Positions 50,701 through 64,000 of a stretch of 64,000 nt of DNA are shown piece by piece. Below the pieces are notes generated by a model. The model had not been told where the DNA came from. It made no database searches and saw only the letters and a list, made by a program, of their open reading frames with translations. The translations under genes and the position numbers were made by a program. The stretch comes from Octopus sinensis (lineage: Eukaryota): contig NC_043008.1 of assembly GCF_006345805.1 (NCBI RefSeq), forward strand, positions 3,906,001-3,970,000. Reading direction: 5' to 3'. Position 1 is the stretch's first letter. Each line of letters starts with the position of its first letter.

Positions 50701-51149
50701 AAACACAGGCACAGAAACAAATATATGTGTGCGTGTGTGTGTGTGAATTGTGTATATATATATATATATATATATATTTAAAATAAAAAAGAGAGAAAAA
50801 ACTACAGAAGGCTTGTGTTATAAGGTTAAAGAATATATTTAAGTCGTTATGTTAGAAAAATGTTAGAAAATTTTGTGTATAGTAAGATAGTTTTTGGAGA
50901 AATAACCGGTTTCGTATATTCTTTTCAAATTTCTCAATTTTCTTTATCTACATCGTGTCATGTCTTCGCTATGTTGTGAAATAAGGGGTTTCAGGCAGGG
51001 GAAGGTAATCAACGATTTCTTCCGGTATAAGTAAGATAATCAAACATGTTGGGTGTGACTAAATAAACATGATTTAGTTTAGGAAGAACAGAATGTGGTT
51101 AAGTTTTGCCTTTATATTTTCTGAAAAAAATATAAAGGCAAAACCTGAC

Positions 51150-51355
51150 TTAGTTGGCAGAATCGCTAGCACGACAAGCAAAACGCTTAGCGGCATTTTG
51201 TCCGTCTTCACGTTCTGAGTTCAAATTCTGTCGAAGTCGGCTTTACCTGTCATCCTTTCGGGGGTCGATAAAATAAGTACCAGTTCAGCACTAGAGACGA
51301 CGTAGTCTACTCACCCACTCCCCTAAAATTGCTGGCCTTGTACCCAAATTTGAAA
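51150..51355 (+). mobile_element. SINE family A copy
   Basis: GTTGGCAGAATCGCTAGCACG...TTCTGAGTTCAAATTCTGTCGAAGTCG...GGTCGATAAAATAAGTACCAG...GGCCTTGTACCCAAATTTGAAAC. Confidence 0.85.
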
Positions 51356-51583
51356 CAATCGTTATTGTAATTAATCCAGACGAACGGACAGCTGCCGAAA
51401 CACCTGGTTTGTTTGTTGTTTTTTCTTTCATTCAACAACATACAAGATTATTCCAACTCCCGCATTTCACACAAAATAGCTTCTCAATTATATATAATCC
51501 AAAGAGTAAGCGCGTCGGCTTAAATGCACCGTATATATTTACTTCAGCATTTCGCCGTTCTGAGTTCAAAACAGACGACTTTC

Positions 51584-51815
51584 TTATTTCTTTACTACCC
51601 ACAAGGGGCTACACACAGAGGGGACAAACAAGGACAGACAAACGGATTAAGTCGATTATATCGACCCAAGTGCGTAACTGGTACTTATTTAATCGACACC
51701 GAAAGGATGAAAGGCAAAGTCGACCTCGGCGGAATTTGAACTCACAATGTTGTGTTAGGCGAAATACCGCTAAGCATATCGTCCAGCGTGCTAACGTTTC
51801 TGCCAGCGCGCCGCC
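51584..51815 (-). mobile_element. Full-length SINE family A with 19-bp TSD, nested in an older opposite-strand family A copy
   Basis: TTCAAAACAGACGACTTTC (51565-51583) and TTCAAACCAGACGAGTTTC (51816-51834); the target lies in the TTCTGAGTTCAAA box of an older copy starting near 51505. Confidence 0.9.
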
Positions 51816-52254
51816 TTCAAACCAGACGAGTTTCTATTTCACATTTCATCATTAAAGCGTTTTTTGCTGTTGTTTGGCCCCATTTCGGCTCCGTGACAGC
51901 CCAATTGAGTTGCTTTATAATCAAAAGGAGTTTTCATCGTGTACAGTCCTACTTTGTTTTTTTTTTCTTTCTATGACAATTTTGTCACGTGTTCCTTACC
52001 GCTTTTTGAAGACAACGGGGCATTTGTCCTGTGCCTTACAAGCCTATGGGTCCATATCTGATCTACGTATGCCATGGCTTGTGTCAATAAATACTATTGG
52101 GCCCAATATATTGATTTGGCCAGGGACTTTACCGGTCATCAGGCTCAGTTCTGATAGATGCATCCTGGGATTTGTTGTCAATAAACGAATAATATAAGGC
52201 TCAGTGCATTGACTTACCCTGGGATCTTAAATGCTCCCAAGACGGCCCTGCAGG

Positions 52255-52545
52255 AGTGTGTGATTTGAGGAAAGTTTGGCTGCTATTTTAGCAGGTGGAA
52301 TGACCATATAAATGTTCCTTGGCTGGCTTGAGTAAGACAGTCATTATACGAGTTAGCTCTAATCCAGCAGAATTGTAATCAAAGACAATCCTTCTGTGAC
52401 GATCCTGTATTTCTTTGTAACTGATAATATTTTGTTTAATATGTATGTCATTTACTTAAGACAGTAAGGTATGATCGGAGGGAGTTTTGGCTATTTTTTC
52501 TAGCAAGTCGATTAACACCATAAAAGTTCCTTCTCAGGCTCAATC
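52255..52545 (+). repeat. Dispersed repeat family E (two adjacent units)
   Basis: Motif TGATTTGAGG.AGATTTGGCT.CTATTT.TAGCA.GT; also near 22190-22250 (-), 28975-29020 (-), 45765-45830, 54340-54390 (-), 56935-56995 and 57998-58045. Class (SINE or MITE) not determined. Confidence 0.6.
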
Positions 52546-52667
52546 ACCATGGAGTTAATAGAATATGTACCAGTAAGATACCCCTATGGAGTTAATCGAT
52601 TTTTACTTCTCCACTATCTCCACTTAAAACACTGACTGTGCCAACTCAGAAAAAAATCGATATGCGC

Positions 52668-52726
<59 letters not shown>

Positions 52727-53674
52727 TAGGCGAATGCATTTGGCTAACTTGAGCGCAAATCCAAAATAGCATAAATTTGCGGCGGTGTTCCTTGAAGAGA
52801 TTATAATAGCAAGCTGTTAGCGCGTGACTCTTTTACTACTGAATCAAAGCACATTAAATCATTTCGCTTTGCAAATATGCTGTATAAATTCTCCTAGCTT
52901 GAAATATTTACGGACAGCGAGTGATGTGGATTTGACATTACTGGTTTGTGGGGAAAGATTTTTTCCCATTCTTTGAGGTTGCACAGATAATGGATCATCC
53001 AATTCGTTATGACACGTTATGAACCTGAGAGGTCTTAGTTTTCGCTTTGAATCAGATGAGAAGGTATTAACAGCAGGCTGTTGTGTTATGCATATGTTTA
53101 CTCGGAGGATTGTATTAATAGTGTTGGTCATTATTTCGTTCAAAAGAACGGTTGATTGGCAATATTGGTAGATCTTCACACGAAATGCCTTTCCATATTT
53201 TTGTTGCGTTTCTTTGTTTCTGGGTTCAAATTTTGCAGAGGTCACTTCTGCCTTTTATCTTTCCAACTCGATAAAATAAAGTACCAGCTAAGTACGGAGT
53301 TGTTCAGATTGTCTGTTCCCTCGCCTAAAATGTGCAACCAGCGTGGTTAATGTTAGAAACCCTTATTTCATTAAAAAGACTCCATTTGATTTATTGATTG
53401 TCGAATAAAATGCCTTGCAGTATTAGATTATATGAATAGGTTCTCAGTTCAAACCTGCCGAGGTCAACTCCATACCACTCAAAACTCGTCTATAAAACCT
53501 CCCCACAAATGTTTTACCTGGTGACTTTGTTAGAAATATATCTCATTCAAACACATGCACAAATAGTTGTACAAAGAATAAGAACAGATCAACTATATTA
53601 GCGCCGTTAACTTACAAAGAGCTTATGACAGCTATTAATCATAGTTTAAAGTCTATTAAACTAGTTTATGTATG

Positions 53675-53822
<148 letters not shown>

Positions 53823-56096
53823 CATTAAAGTGGTTTCATAAATGTTATATATGCATAAAATATGAAATTCTTTTGTTTAGCCTTTGATCAACATTTTTTG
53901 ACCGAACTGTTTGAGGCAAAATAAACCTAGAACTACATTTTTTGTAGGATTTGATTCGAATGGAACTTATTTGCAATATATAGCAAGTTGGCCGATATCA
54001 TTATTTTCCTTAAGTGTTTAGGAAATGCAAAAAGTCATTGCCTATTCTAGCGCATCTCGCTCGCATTTTTTTCCTTTCACATTTCTCTCTTCATCCATTT
54101 TTACTTCCTAGTTTCAGACATGGTGCACCGAGGAGTAGATTATCAAATATAATCTTCCTTTTTAACGATGTTTGATATGACGCTATATCTCTCTATCAAG
54201 TGAGTCCAGAGATGCTCTTTACACCAACACTTACATTGGTCAAATTTGATCTCTTATAACAACACATTGAGCTGGCGCAAGTTAAACGTACCACTTTACT
54301 ATTCTATATATTATGTTAGCCAACGAGGAAATCTTTACCGAGTCAAGTCAGCTAGAAATAACAGCTAAATCTCTATCAAATCAAACCTACAGTCGTAAAA
54401 AAAATGAAGTCACTCTGTACATTAAATATGTGGCGATCTGTGTATCATTCTCATCTGGAGATAAGCGTGTTTAGAAACACAAAAATATATCAACTGTGAA
54501 TGAAGATGATCCTGCAGCGGGGGTGAGAAGGCTAGAGGCACATTTCTGTCTTTTGGGGGTTTGTCAGTTGCATGTATTGAGTGTTGATCGCATGGAAAGA
54601 AAAAATCTGTAGTGACTGGTAAAGGAAAACAATGATTGAAAATGCACTGGTGTTGCAATTAGTTGCCCGGCTGAATAAATACGTTTTAAGTTCAACAAAA
54701 GCAGTTCTAAAATAAAATGGCCATTTATGTGTCAAACTTAACTTAATGCAAACACATCGCGGTTAAGCAAATTAACTGCGGTATTCGCCCGGAGGTAATA
54801 TCTCTTATGGATGTACAGTGAATGAATTAGGATGACTGTTAGTCAATTTAAGGAAGATTGTATCAACAAATATATGCATTTAGAACTTTCCGAAGAAGAC
54901 TGAACACAAGGCTAACAACTCGTATCAAGTCTTTGAGAAATCCCTCATATCATTAATCATGACTTTTAGATAAAGCATCAGCTTACACACAATGAAATGA
55001 TTTCTGTAACCTTTGTACTCTAGAAAAGCTATCAATCATGAAACACCGAACTAAAACATTGAATAAACGTCCATAATTAAATTGTTCATGCCCTCACATG
55101 CAGAGATTACTTCTGAAATACCATTAATGTACATAAACAATAACATGAAATCCAAACAAAGCCTGAGATATCCATTTCCCTTCTCGGATAATATTTTTCG
55201 CCTTAATTAGTAATAACGTCAGAGTGGCCTCTGCAACATACCAACACCATGATCTCTCCCAAAATAAATTTGCATACCATAATTTAATAAATTGGATTGT
55301 TTACACCTAAAACAATTCGTTTTCAAAAACAAACAAAGAGGAAGTGCATTCTTTTATTAAATTCACGCATTCACAGCCATCGAGTCATTTCTACACGCAC
55401 ACGCAGATAGGCACACACACACACAAATGCATACACTTCAACAGACACACATACACACACATCAAACTGTTAAGCAAAGACAGAAACACAGAAATCCTTT
55501 GATATAAACAGCTAATGAAAACACACACTTCGGAAATAGAACACACAACTACGAAATGAATTGATACCATTTCAAGAAACCCACAGGCACATTGAGAACA
55601 CACACACACACATGCAAATATGAAACTGTTTACAGGAACACCCAGTCATAAAAACTGCACAGACCCAGCAACTAGGGAAAAGTCACGTCTGATAAATCAA
55701 ATAATCTACCATTAATTCAACGGTTTGCTCCATTCCGTTTCACAATATTTGAAAGCCGGATAATAAAGCTCGTAACATTATCTCACGTGTTTCCTGAAGA
55801 ACCATAGAATGGCGAAGTTATAGTTGTAATATAAGCTTTAGTGGTGCGTGTGTATATATAATATACATACATGCATACATACATACATACATACATACAT
55901 ACATACATACATACATACATACATACATACATACATACGTACGTACGTACGTCTCTGTGTGTATATCTGCGTTTTCAAAATAACCAAGCTTTCATATACT
56001 TTAGAATATTGGTTGCTTAGAAATTCTCAAGTCCAACTGGTTTCAAGTCTAACAAGAAACGTTGCATTTTCCATGCCTGTGACGACCACCCTGAAA

Positions 56097-56330
56097 ATGG
56101 AAAACCAAACCAAACATTATCGCTACTTCATGCTTTATTTTAAAAACAGGCAAGAAAGCAGTGGAAACCTGCAAGAACCTGTAGGTTGTGTACGGAGAGG
56201 ATGCTGGCACAGAATTCAAAATCGAGCGTTAAAAACCGTTCTGCAGCAACTTGGTTGCGTCAACAGGCTCGATCTATGGGTAACACATCCATGGAATGAA
56301 GAAAGCATGGGCCATTTATGATTTGTCATA
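56097..56330 (+). pseudogene. Mariner transposase N-terminal relic with internal deletion
   Basis: MENQTKHYRYFMLYF / GKKAVETCKNL.VVYGEDA / QLGCVNRLDLWVTHPWNE (degenerate GYV..LDVWVPHEL). Confidence 0.75.
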
Positions 56331-56362
56331 GAATACAGCAAAAGAAAAGTTACTTTTAGATA

Positions 56363-56765
56363 ATACTAGCAGTATCGCCCGGCGTTGCTCGGGTTTGTTT
56401 CAATCCTTTAGAACTGAAATGTTTGAAAAGTAAAATTTGGCATTATGTAACTTGTTATTCTCTTTAAGTGAACATTTTTCTAGCTGAAATACACCGAAAA
56501 ATGGCAACACAACAGTAAAAAAATCGTAAAAAATAGGGATTTTCATAGAAAAAAAGCACCTTTTTTTATGTAAATAATTTTTGGTGTTAACATGGTCCGA
56601 TTTGAATTTTTCTCTCCTACGGAAGGAAGAGCAAGCCTTCTTCTATCATACTCTCAATTTTGATCAACTTGCGCCGCAGGGTCTCGGAGGAGATAGTGTT
56701 AGTTGAAGGCTACCAAACCTGCCATACACAGACACCTTTAGCTTTAGCTTTATATAGAGAGAGAT
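56363..56765 (+). mobile_element. Helentron-associated non-autonomous element (HINE/DINE-1-like)
   Basis: Starts ATACTAGCAGTATCGCCCGGCGTTGCTCGGG (ACTAG start with a CCCG..CGGG hairpin) and ends CTTTAGCTTTATATAGAGAGAGAT, the usual HINE end architecture. Confidence 0.7.
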
Positions 56766-57229
56766 AAATATATTGCCATACATTGCAGAACTGTGGACGT
56801 TGATTTTGTGATTGATGTTTAACAACAGATCGGCCATGATGGAGAGGCCGATGGCCAAGCGTGTCGAGCCATGACCATCCCAGCTTTTATTTTTCAAGTA
56901 GATAGGTACCTCACCTTATATCATGTCCTCCACTTTTAAGGCAATGATTTGATGGATATTTGGCTGCTATATCTAGCGCGTTGAGACTCTGAGCAACCAC
57001 TTATGGATCCCTCATTAGTTCGAAAGATGTGTTTTCTATTATAATTTCATTTACATCTAAATTACTCTGTAGGAATGCAGAACACAGCATATCTTAACTC
57101 GTATATTACTTTATAAACGTACGAAGGATAACATATGACAGTCACTACGCTAGAATTTGTACTCAGAACGCTAAGATTCCCTGTCCCCAGCCCTTTCAGT
57201 GCAAATGTTTCCAAATGTTCAATCGAAGA

Positions 57230-57380
57230 CTGTGTGTGTGCGCGCGCAGCGTTATTATTATTCCTTCGCCTCTCGTCCCTTCGGGGTCCGTAAAATTAGT
57301 TCCAGGGGAATACCAAAACGATGTGGTCGACTGTCGCCGCCCCTGAAACTGCCGGCCTTGTGCCAAAATTTGAAACAATC
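57230..57380 (+). mobile_element. SINE family A 3' fragment
   Basis: TTCGCCTCTCGTCCCTTCGGGGTCCGTAAAATTAGTTCCAG...GGCCTTGTGCCAAAATTTGAAAC. Confidence 0.65.
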
Positions 57381-58485
57381 ATTATTATTATTAATAAGAA
57401 AAACCACACAAAATCTATGGGAAATTTAGCCGCCCAGAGTTTCCAAGCCGGAATATTAAATCTATTTTGGCATTTGAATTTCTTGGTACTTGTAAGTTCT
57501 TTTTATTAATGACACCGTTACACTCTTCCCTGACTGAGTGGTCCATTGTTGAACTTCATGCCACGAAGTACTTGTGTGTTTTCATCAAAACAATTTCCTA
57601 CTTAATTGAATTCATTGTTCATTTATGACTAATGAAAATGTTGTCTTTCCCAAACAAAACTATACGTACAATTACAAAGAATACTCATGTGAGAATTAGG
57701 CTTCCTCCTATGAAAACCCGGTGGGTACTCAACATTTTTATTTCCTCTCATAAATACACATTTTTTATTATATAACACGTTTGGCTTTTGTTTAGAAATA
57801 CAAGTACGTATTTTCATATTTACCTCCAACAAAAGAAACTTAGACGAAAGTGATAATAATAAATGCGTGATATTCAATTGTTGTTGTTTAAGTACCAGAT
57901 TAGTTCTGGTCGAAAAGACGAAAAGGATGAAAGCGTTGCCGCCAAAACCATTTCGTCTTCATATAAAGATACCCAAGAATACATTTCATAATTAAAAACG
58001 GCAGGTTGTGATTCAAGGGAAGATTTGGTTGCTATTTCTAAAAAGTTGTATAATTACTTAGAAGCTGTATCGTCAATATCTTATCAGAAATTTGTTTTGT
58101 TTACAGCAATGAAGTGATTTCTTGCTATAAAAATAATGTTGATGTAAAAACAGCGAAACTCGATCCAAGTTCGAACCCTCGTGAGCTTTCAAGATTTCCA
58201 TCGAATTCAGTTTCGCTAAAATGGAACCAGAATAGACAGACTTTTTAGTTTCAAATCTGATGCTCGTCGAGCGTAGCATGGCAATTCATTGCTGTACAAT
58301 TTTCAAAATTGCAAAATACTTGCTCGTATCTCTGTCTGCCAACATAATTTATCTCTTCTCTCCTCTCTCTCCGACTCTTTCTCCTTCTTTCCTCTCCTTT
58401 CCCACTTTATATGCTCTCCTTTAATTTTTCAAATATTCTTTAATTTATAGCGTTATTTACTAACCCATTTTTACATACATCTAAT

Positions 58486-58531
<46 letters not shown>

Positions 58532-59079
58532 CACACACACATACATACTCACCACTGTCTAGAATATATTTACTTTAACTTTTTAGGATATATATTTCCT
58601 GCCATGATGATTTCTTGTATCTAAATTGTCTTCAATTATGCCTTTTTCTTTCTCTATTTACTTCTTACACACACACACACACACGCACACACACACATGT
58701 ACGTGTAGCTTCTCATTTCTAAGATATATTCTTTATATATATATATATATATATATCCATATATATATATATTCACATCTCATAATCTCTTCTTTGCCTT
58801 AATTTATCTCCATTACACTTTATTATATATAGTGTCTCCACTTCGCTTCCTCCAGACTCTACATGTTGGCCATTAAATATCCCGCTACACTCTCTCTCTC
58901 TCTCTCTCTTTCTCTCTCCACTCTGCAATTTTATTTAATGCATATTTCCATTGAACGTATTTTATCCACTTCTTTTTCTTCTTTCTTTTTTTTTGTACTT
59001 AGTCTATTTTCTTGCATTTATCTGCGTCCCAATTAATCTCCATGTACGAATTTCTGGTTTTATATTCTATTTATAATAC

Positions 59080-59100
59080 TCTCTCTCTCTCTCTCTCTCC

Positions 59101-59157
<57 letters not shown>

Positions 59158-59175
59158 TGTGTGTGTGTGTGTGTG

Positions 59176-59208
<33 letters not shown>

Positions 59209-59218
59209 ATATTATATA

Positions 59219-59279
<61 letters not shown>

Positions 59280-59298
59280 GTATGTATGTATATATATA

Positions 59299-59351
<53 letters not shown>

Positions 59352-59618
59352 GTGTATATATGTATGTGTGTATATATATATGTGTGTGTATATATATATG
59401 TGTGTGTATATATATATATGTATGTGTGTATATATATATGTGTGTGTATATATATATGTGTGTGTATATATATATATGTATATATATATATATGTGTGTG
59501 TATATATATATGTGTGTGTATATATATATATGTGTATATATATATATATGTATATATATGTATATATATATGTATATATATGTATATATATGTATATATA
59601 TGTATATATATATATGTA

Positions 59619-59653
<35 letters not shown>

Positions 59654-59690
59654 GTGTGTATATATATATATATGTGAGTGTGTATATTTC
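59080..59690. repeat. Compound (CT)n(AT)n/(TG)n(TA)n tract, about 600 bp
   Basis: Directly visible; explains the 193-228 aa ORFs at 59012-59825. Confidence 0.95.
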
Positions 59691-61250
59691 TGCATGTTGT
59701 ATGATACTTTCAGTTTCCTTCCTCTTCCGATAGGTTTCCTCCTCTTTCATCAACCTGTTATTTATTTATTTTTTCCCAGTCCTCCCACATATAACCCTTT
59801 CTATCAATTATTACCCCTGTCATAAACTTTGCATGCTCGTCCAATATTCCCCCCATCCACCCCCACCTCCATCCGTCTCAGAAGTTTTCTTTATGGAAAC
59901 CGAGTCAGTTCACTGCATTTAAAGAAGAAGAAGAAGAAGAAAAGACAGAGAAAAATAATAATTCTACATAACAATTTAATAGCAGTCTACGATAATTGTA
60001 TGCGTTTCTTTTCTAATCGAATTTTTCTTCCTCTGTAAAATATCTTTTAAACATACAGAGAGTGTACTCAATCATTTAGTGGGAGAGAGTTACTTCTTCC
60101 ATATAATGTTTATATCTGAAAAATGGCTCATGAGAAATATAAGGATTTTCGTTTTAAACTGGTATTACTTTCTCTTCGCTGAACAAGTAATATGCTGGCT
60201 ATATTTCCAAAAGCTCTCTATAAATCTTCTCTCATATTGAAACTGTCTTTTAATATATATTTTCCTAGTAGTAGGTTAATAATCAATACCTTTATGTATC
60301 TCAATCGATTACTTTCTTTAGAAGAGGAAACAATCAGATAATTTGAATGTTGGCGTAAATGGCGAGGAAATTTTCTAGAATAATATAAAATTGATCTTTC
60401 ACATTGTAGATTCTCAAAAGTCCACAGTTTAAGAGGATTTTGTTGTTTCAATGCAAGCATTATGTAAACTAGAGGGTCCAAATAGTCTGTTGAATAGATT
60501 TCCTGAATGTTATCCTAAAAGCTTTATATATTTTATTTACAAAAATATAATAAGTTTCCACTGAGACATCACAATTCAGAAATAGTACTTTTAATGGTTA
60601 ATTAGAATATTTTACATCATAAAATCCATTTCTGTATTCTGTCTCTTGATAAACTGTAGTGTTATAACCAGAATCCATCTATTGCGTCAGCTTCTCTTAA
60701 TTGAACTCAGGTGTCGAGTCTCGTACAGCAGGAAGAAATACCTTCCAGCATCCTGGTTTCAATTCTCAGTCAACATCAAGAATGTCCTTATATTTTTTTC
60801 ATTATCCTAATTTAAATATAGGGTTGTTTTTTTTATCCTGTCAAGGTGAAACAAATCTTATAAATTTCGTATGAAACGTTACCCCGATCTTTATATTCCC
60901 CAAAGGGAGATTTCAAATAATTGAAAATATACCTGGAAGTTTGAGAATTGTACAAATAAAGTACAACATTTGCAAACCTCAACAGCAGATTTTAGGTCAA
61001 TTTGCTATCCTTCTTTCAGAATCTAAAGTTTAGATAAACCTGACATTCCCGTCCTTTTCAGACTTAAGTCAATTTATCCGACTTTACCTCGGCCTCAGCA
61101 AATATTTTTAAAAGCGTAAAAATTAAGAAACAAACCCTTAAACATTACTCCAGGATTGAAAAATCAAATGAAATACGACTGAAAATATGTACATTTCACT
61201 ACCAAGGACCCCTTTTAATTAAATGAATTTTTCCACGGATCCAGAATATT

Positions 61251-61471
61251 TGTTTCTTTATTACCCACATGGGGCTAAACATAGAGGGGACAAACAAGGA
61301 CAGACAAATGGATTAAGTCGATTACATCGACCCCAGTGCGTAACTGGTACTTAATTTATCGACCCCGAAAGGATGAAAGGCGAAGTCAATCTCGGCGGAA
61401 TTTGAACTCGGAACGTAACGGCAGACTACGCATTTCGCCCGGCGTGCTAACGATTCTGCCAGCTCGCCGCC
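61251..61471 (-). mobile_element. Full-length SINE family A with 18-bp TSD
   Basis: CCACGGATCCAGAATATT (61233-61250) and CCACGGACCCAGAATATT (61472-61489); intact GGCGGCGAGCTGGCAGAATCGTTAGCACGCC head. Confidence 0.95.
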
Positions 61472-61689
61472 CCACGGACCCAGAATATTGGAAACTCTGT
61501 CAGCTTAACATGTTGGGAACCATTGGTCTGCAATATTGTTTCCCGAGTTAAATCGCATATCTTGAAACCAGTTACCGACATAAGTTATTCCTCTTAACGA
61601 TCTCTTTTCATAACTTCCAACATATATTTTGATATTCGTCCTTTGGGGACCGGTTGAAAGAAGTAACTGTCAAGTACTGGGATGATTTA

Positions 61690-61932
61690 GGTACTACTTA
61701 AGAACAGTGTTCCCGGTGCGCGCACTCCCGTACTCGCGCATCCGCGCTAGCTAGTCATGACTAGTCGATCCTTACTTTGTGTTTTATTTACTTTGTTTAA
61801 CAAAAATTATTTATTTAGTGTTTCATTTACTTTGCTATGTAGTCGTTGTAGGATCGACTAGTCACGACTAGCAAGCGCGGATGCGCGAGTACGGGAGTGC
61901 GCGCACCGGGACCACTGTTCTTAAGCAGTACC
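61690..61932. mobile_element. Mutator (MULE)-type MITE, 243 bp, 83-bp TIRs, 9-bp TSD
   Basis: TIRs 61690-61772 and 61850-61932 with 4 mismatches; perfect TSD GATGATTTA at 61681-61689 and 61933-61941; G...C termini. Confidence 0.9.
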
Positions 61933-62294
61933 GATGATTTAATATTTGCATAAAGCGTGCAAGATTTGAAGAGAATTATAAAAAAAAAACGGTAAACAAA
62001 GGTAGAGGCCTAGAACCATTAACACACGCGCCTGCTGAATGCAAGGAGTCAGAACTGAAACATCCGTGTTTGGAGGGGTTTTTTTTTCACAAATGCTCAA
62101 TTAATTAATAACTTCATCAACTGTAAAATTAGTTTGTTTACAGCAGATAAAATTAATGATTGCATCAACTGCTACGCAATGTAAACCACATCAATCGTAA
62201 CTCTGACAACATTCGGCAATGTAATGACTAATTCTTGCGACACTATCAACTACGTGAGACTATTATTTCCATTGCTGTGGTTGTTGTTGTTAAA

Positions 62295-62470
62295 TGGTGA
62301 GCCGGCAGAATCATTAGCACGCCGGACAAAATGCCTAGCAACATTTTGTCCGTCTTTACGTTCTGAGTTCAAATTTCGCCAAGGTCGATTTTACCTTTCG
62401 TCCTTTTGGGGTCGATAAAATAAGTACCAGTTGAGTACTGGAGTCTATGTAATCAACTCACCCCCTCCCA
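62295..62470 (+). mobile_element. SINE family A copy
   Basis: GGTGAGCCGGCAGAATCATTAGCACGCCGGACAAAATG...TTCTGAGTTCAAATTTCGCCAAGGTCG...GGTCGATAAAATAAGTACCAGTTGAGTACTGG. Confidence 0.9.
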
Positions 62471-62639
62471 CCACCACCACCGAAGTTGCTAACCTCAGAG
62501 CCCGCGAGTTTCCTGCGTTAATAAGTGTTAATGAACGAAACTCTCGGACCTTGAGTCACCCTGTTGCTTCTCTGCTACACATTGATTAAAATATACATAT
62601 AGTCATATATGGAGTTCCATTTTCCTGTCTGCATCACCA

Positions 62640-63812
<1,173 letters not shown>

Positions 63813-63890
63813 ATCACGTGACCAACTAGACCATCAGATGTAGCTACACATCGCTGGTCACAATGTGCTTGCATTGTTTTAGCCTTCGAA
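63813..63890 (-). mobile_element. Short repeat fragment, probably a SINE 3' tail
   Basis: GTGACCAACTAGACCATCAGATGTAGCTACACATCGCTGGTCACAATGTGCTTGCATTGTTTTAGCCTTC. Assignment is from recalled resemblance to an octopus SINE tail; no second copy seen in this window. Confidence 0.4.
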
Positions 63891-64000
63891 CACACAACAC
63901 ACACACGTATATATATATATATACATATACACGCATGCATACATATGTATTTACACTAAATAAGTAATAGGGTGCAGGATAGACCAAAAATTATTTTACC

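Noticed and set aside
52900-52975. BTB-domain-like ASDVDLTLLVCGERFF on the plus strand
   Set aside because: Stops immediately after, no AH+xVL continuation and no splice sites; probably chance.
58108-58250. Possible plus-strand terminal exon (NEVISCYKNNVDV...QTF*)
   Set aside because: Only 46 codons after a TTTACAG; no upstream exon or homology is recognisable.
59012-59825. 193-228 aa ORFs (and all YVCM/HTHT/YIYI/poly-N/poly-K ORFs elsewhere)
   Set aside because: They are translations of (TA)n, (TG)n, (ATGT)n, (ATT)n and (AAG)n microsatellites, which lack stops in some frames.

Overview
AT-rich (roughly one-third GC by eye) eukaryotic, non-genic DNA. It is dominated by microsatellites and by SINE, LINE and DNA-transposon debris. 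The SINE families and the (TACA)n/(TA)n/(AAT)n load look like an octopus genome; this is an inference from repeat content only. No intact protein-coding gene, rRNA, tRNA or CRISPR array can be supported, and almost all long ORFs in the track are microsatellite read-through. Recognisable elements: a full-length dead DD34D mariner (9344-10575); an 800-bp internally deleted DDxD Tc1/mariner-superfamily element; relics of RTE, R4/Dong-like, CR1-like and L1/Tx1-like LINEs; a MULE-type MITE with a perfect 9-bp TSD; pogo-like, hAT-like and fold-back MITEs; a Helentron-type non-autonomous element; and at least five SINE-like families. The most interesting observations are: (i) two tandem, 299-bp-spaced minimal hammerhead-ribozyme-like motifs sharing a non-canonical CCGANGA core (minus strand, 6481-6806); (ii) a near-identical 1.06-kb tandem duplication with a 4-bp microhomology junction that starts inside a MITE TIR and creates a second transposon end; (iii) an unexplained 202-codon minus-strand frame with a single stop in unique sequence (12168-12773). 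Everything was read by eye. SINE boundaries without TSDs are approximate (+/-10-20 bp).
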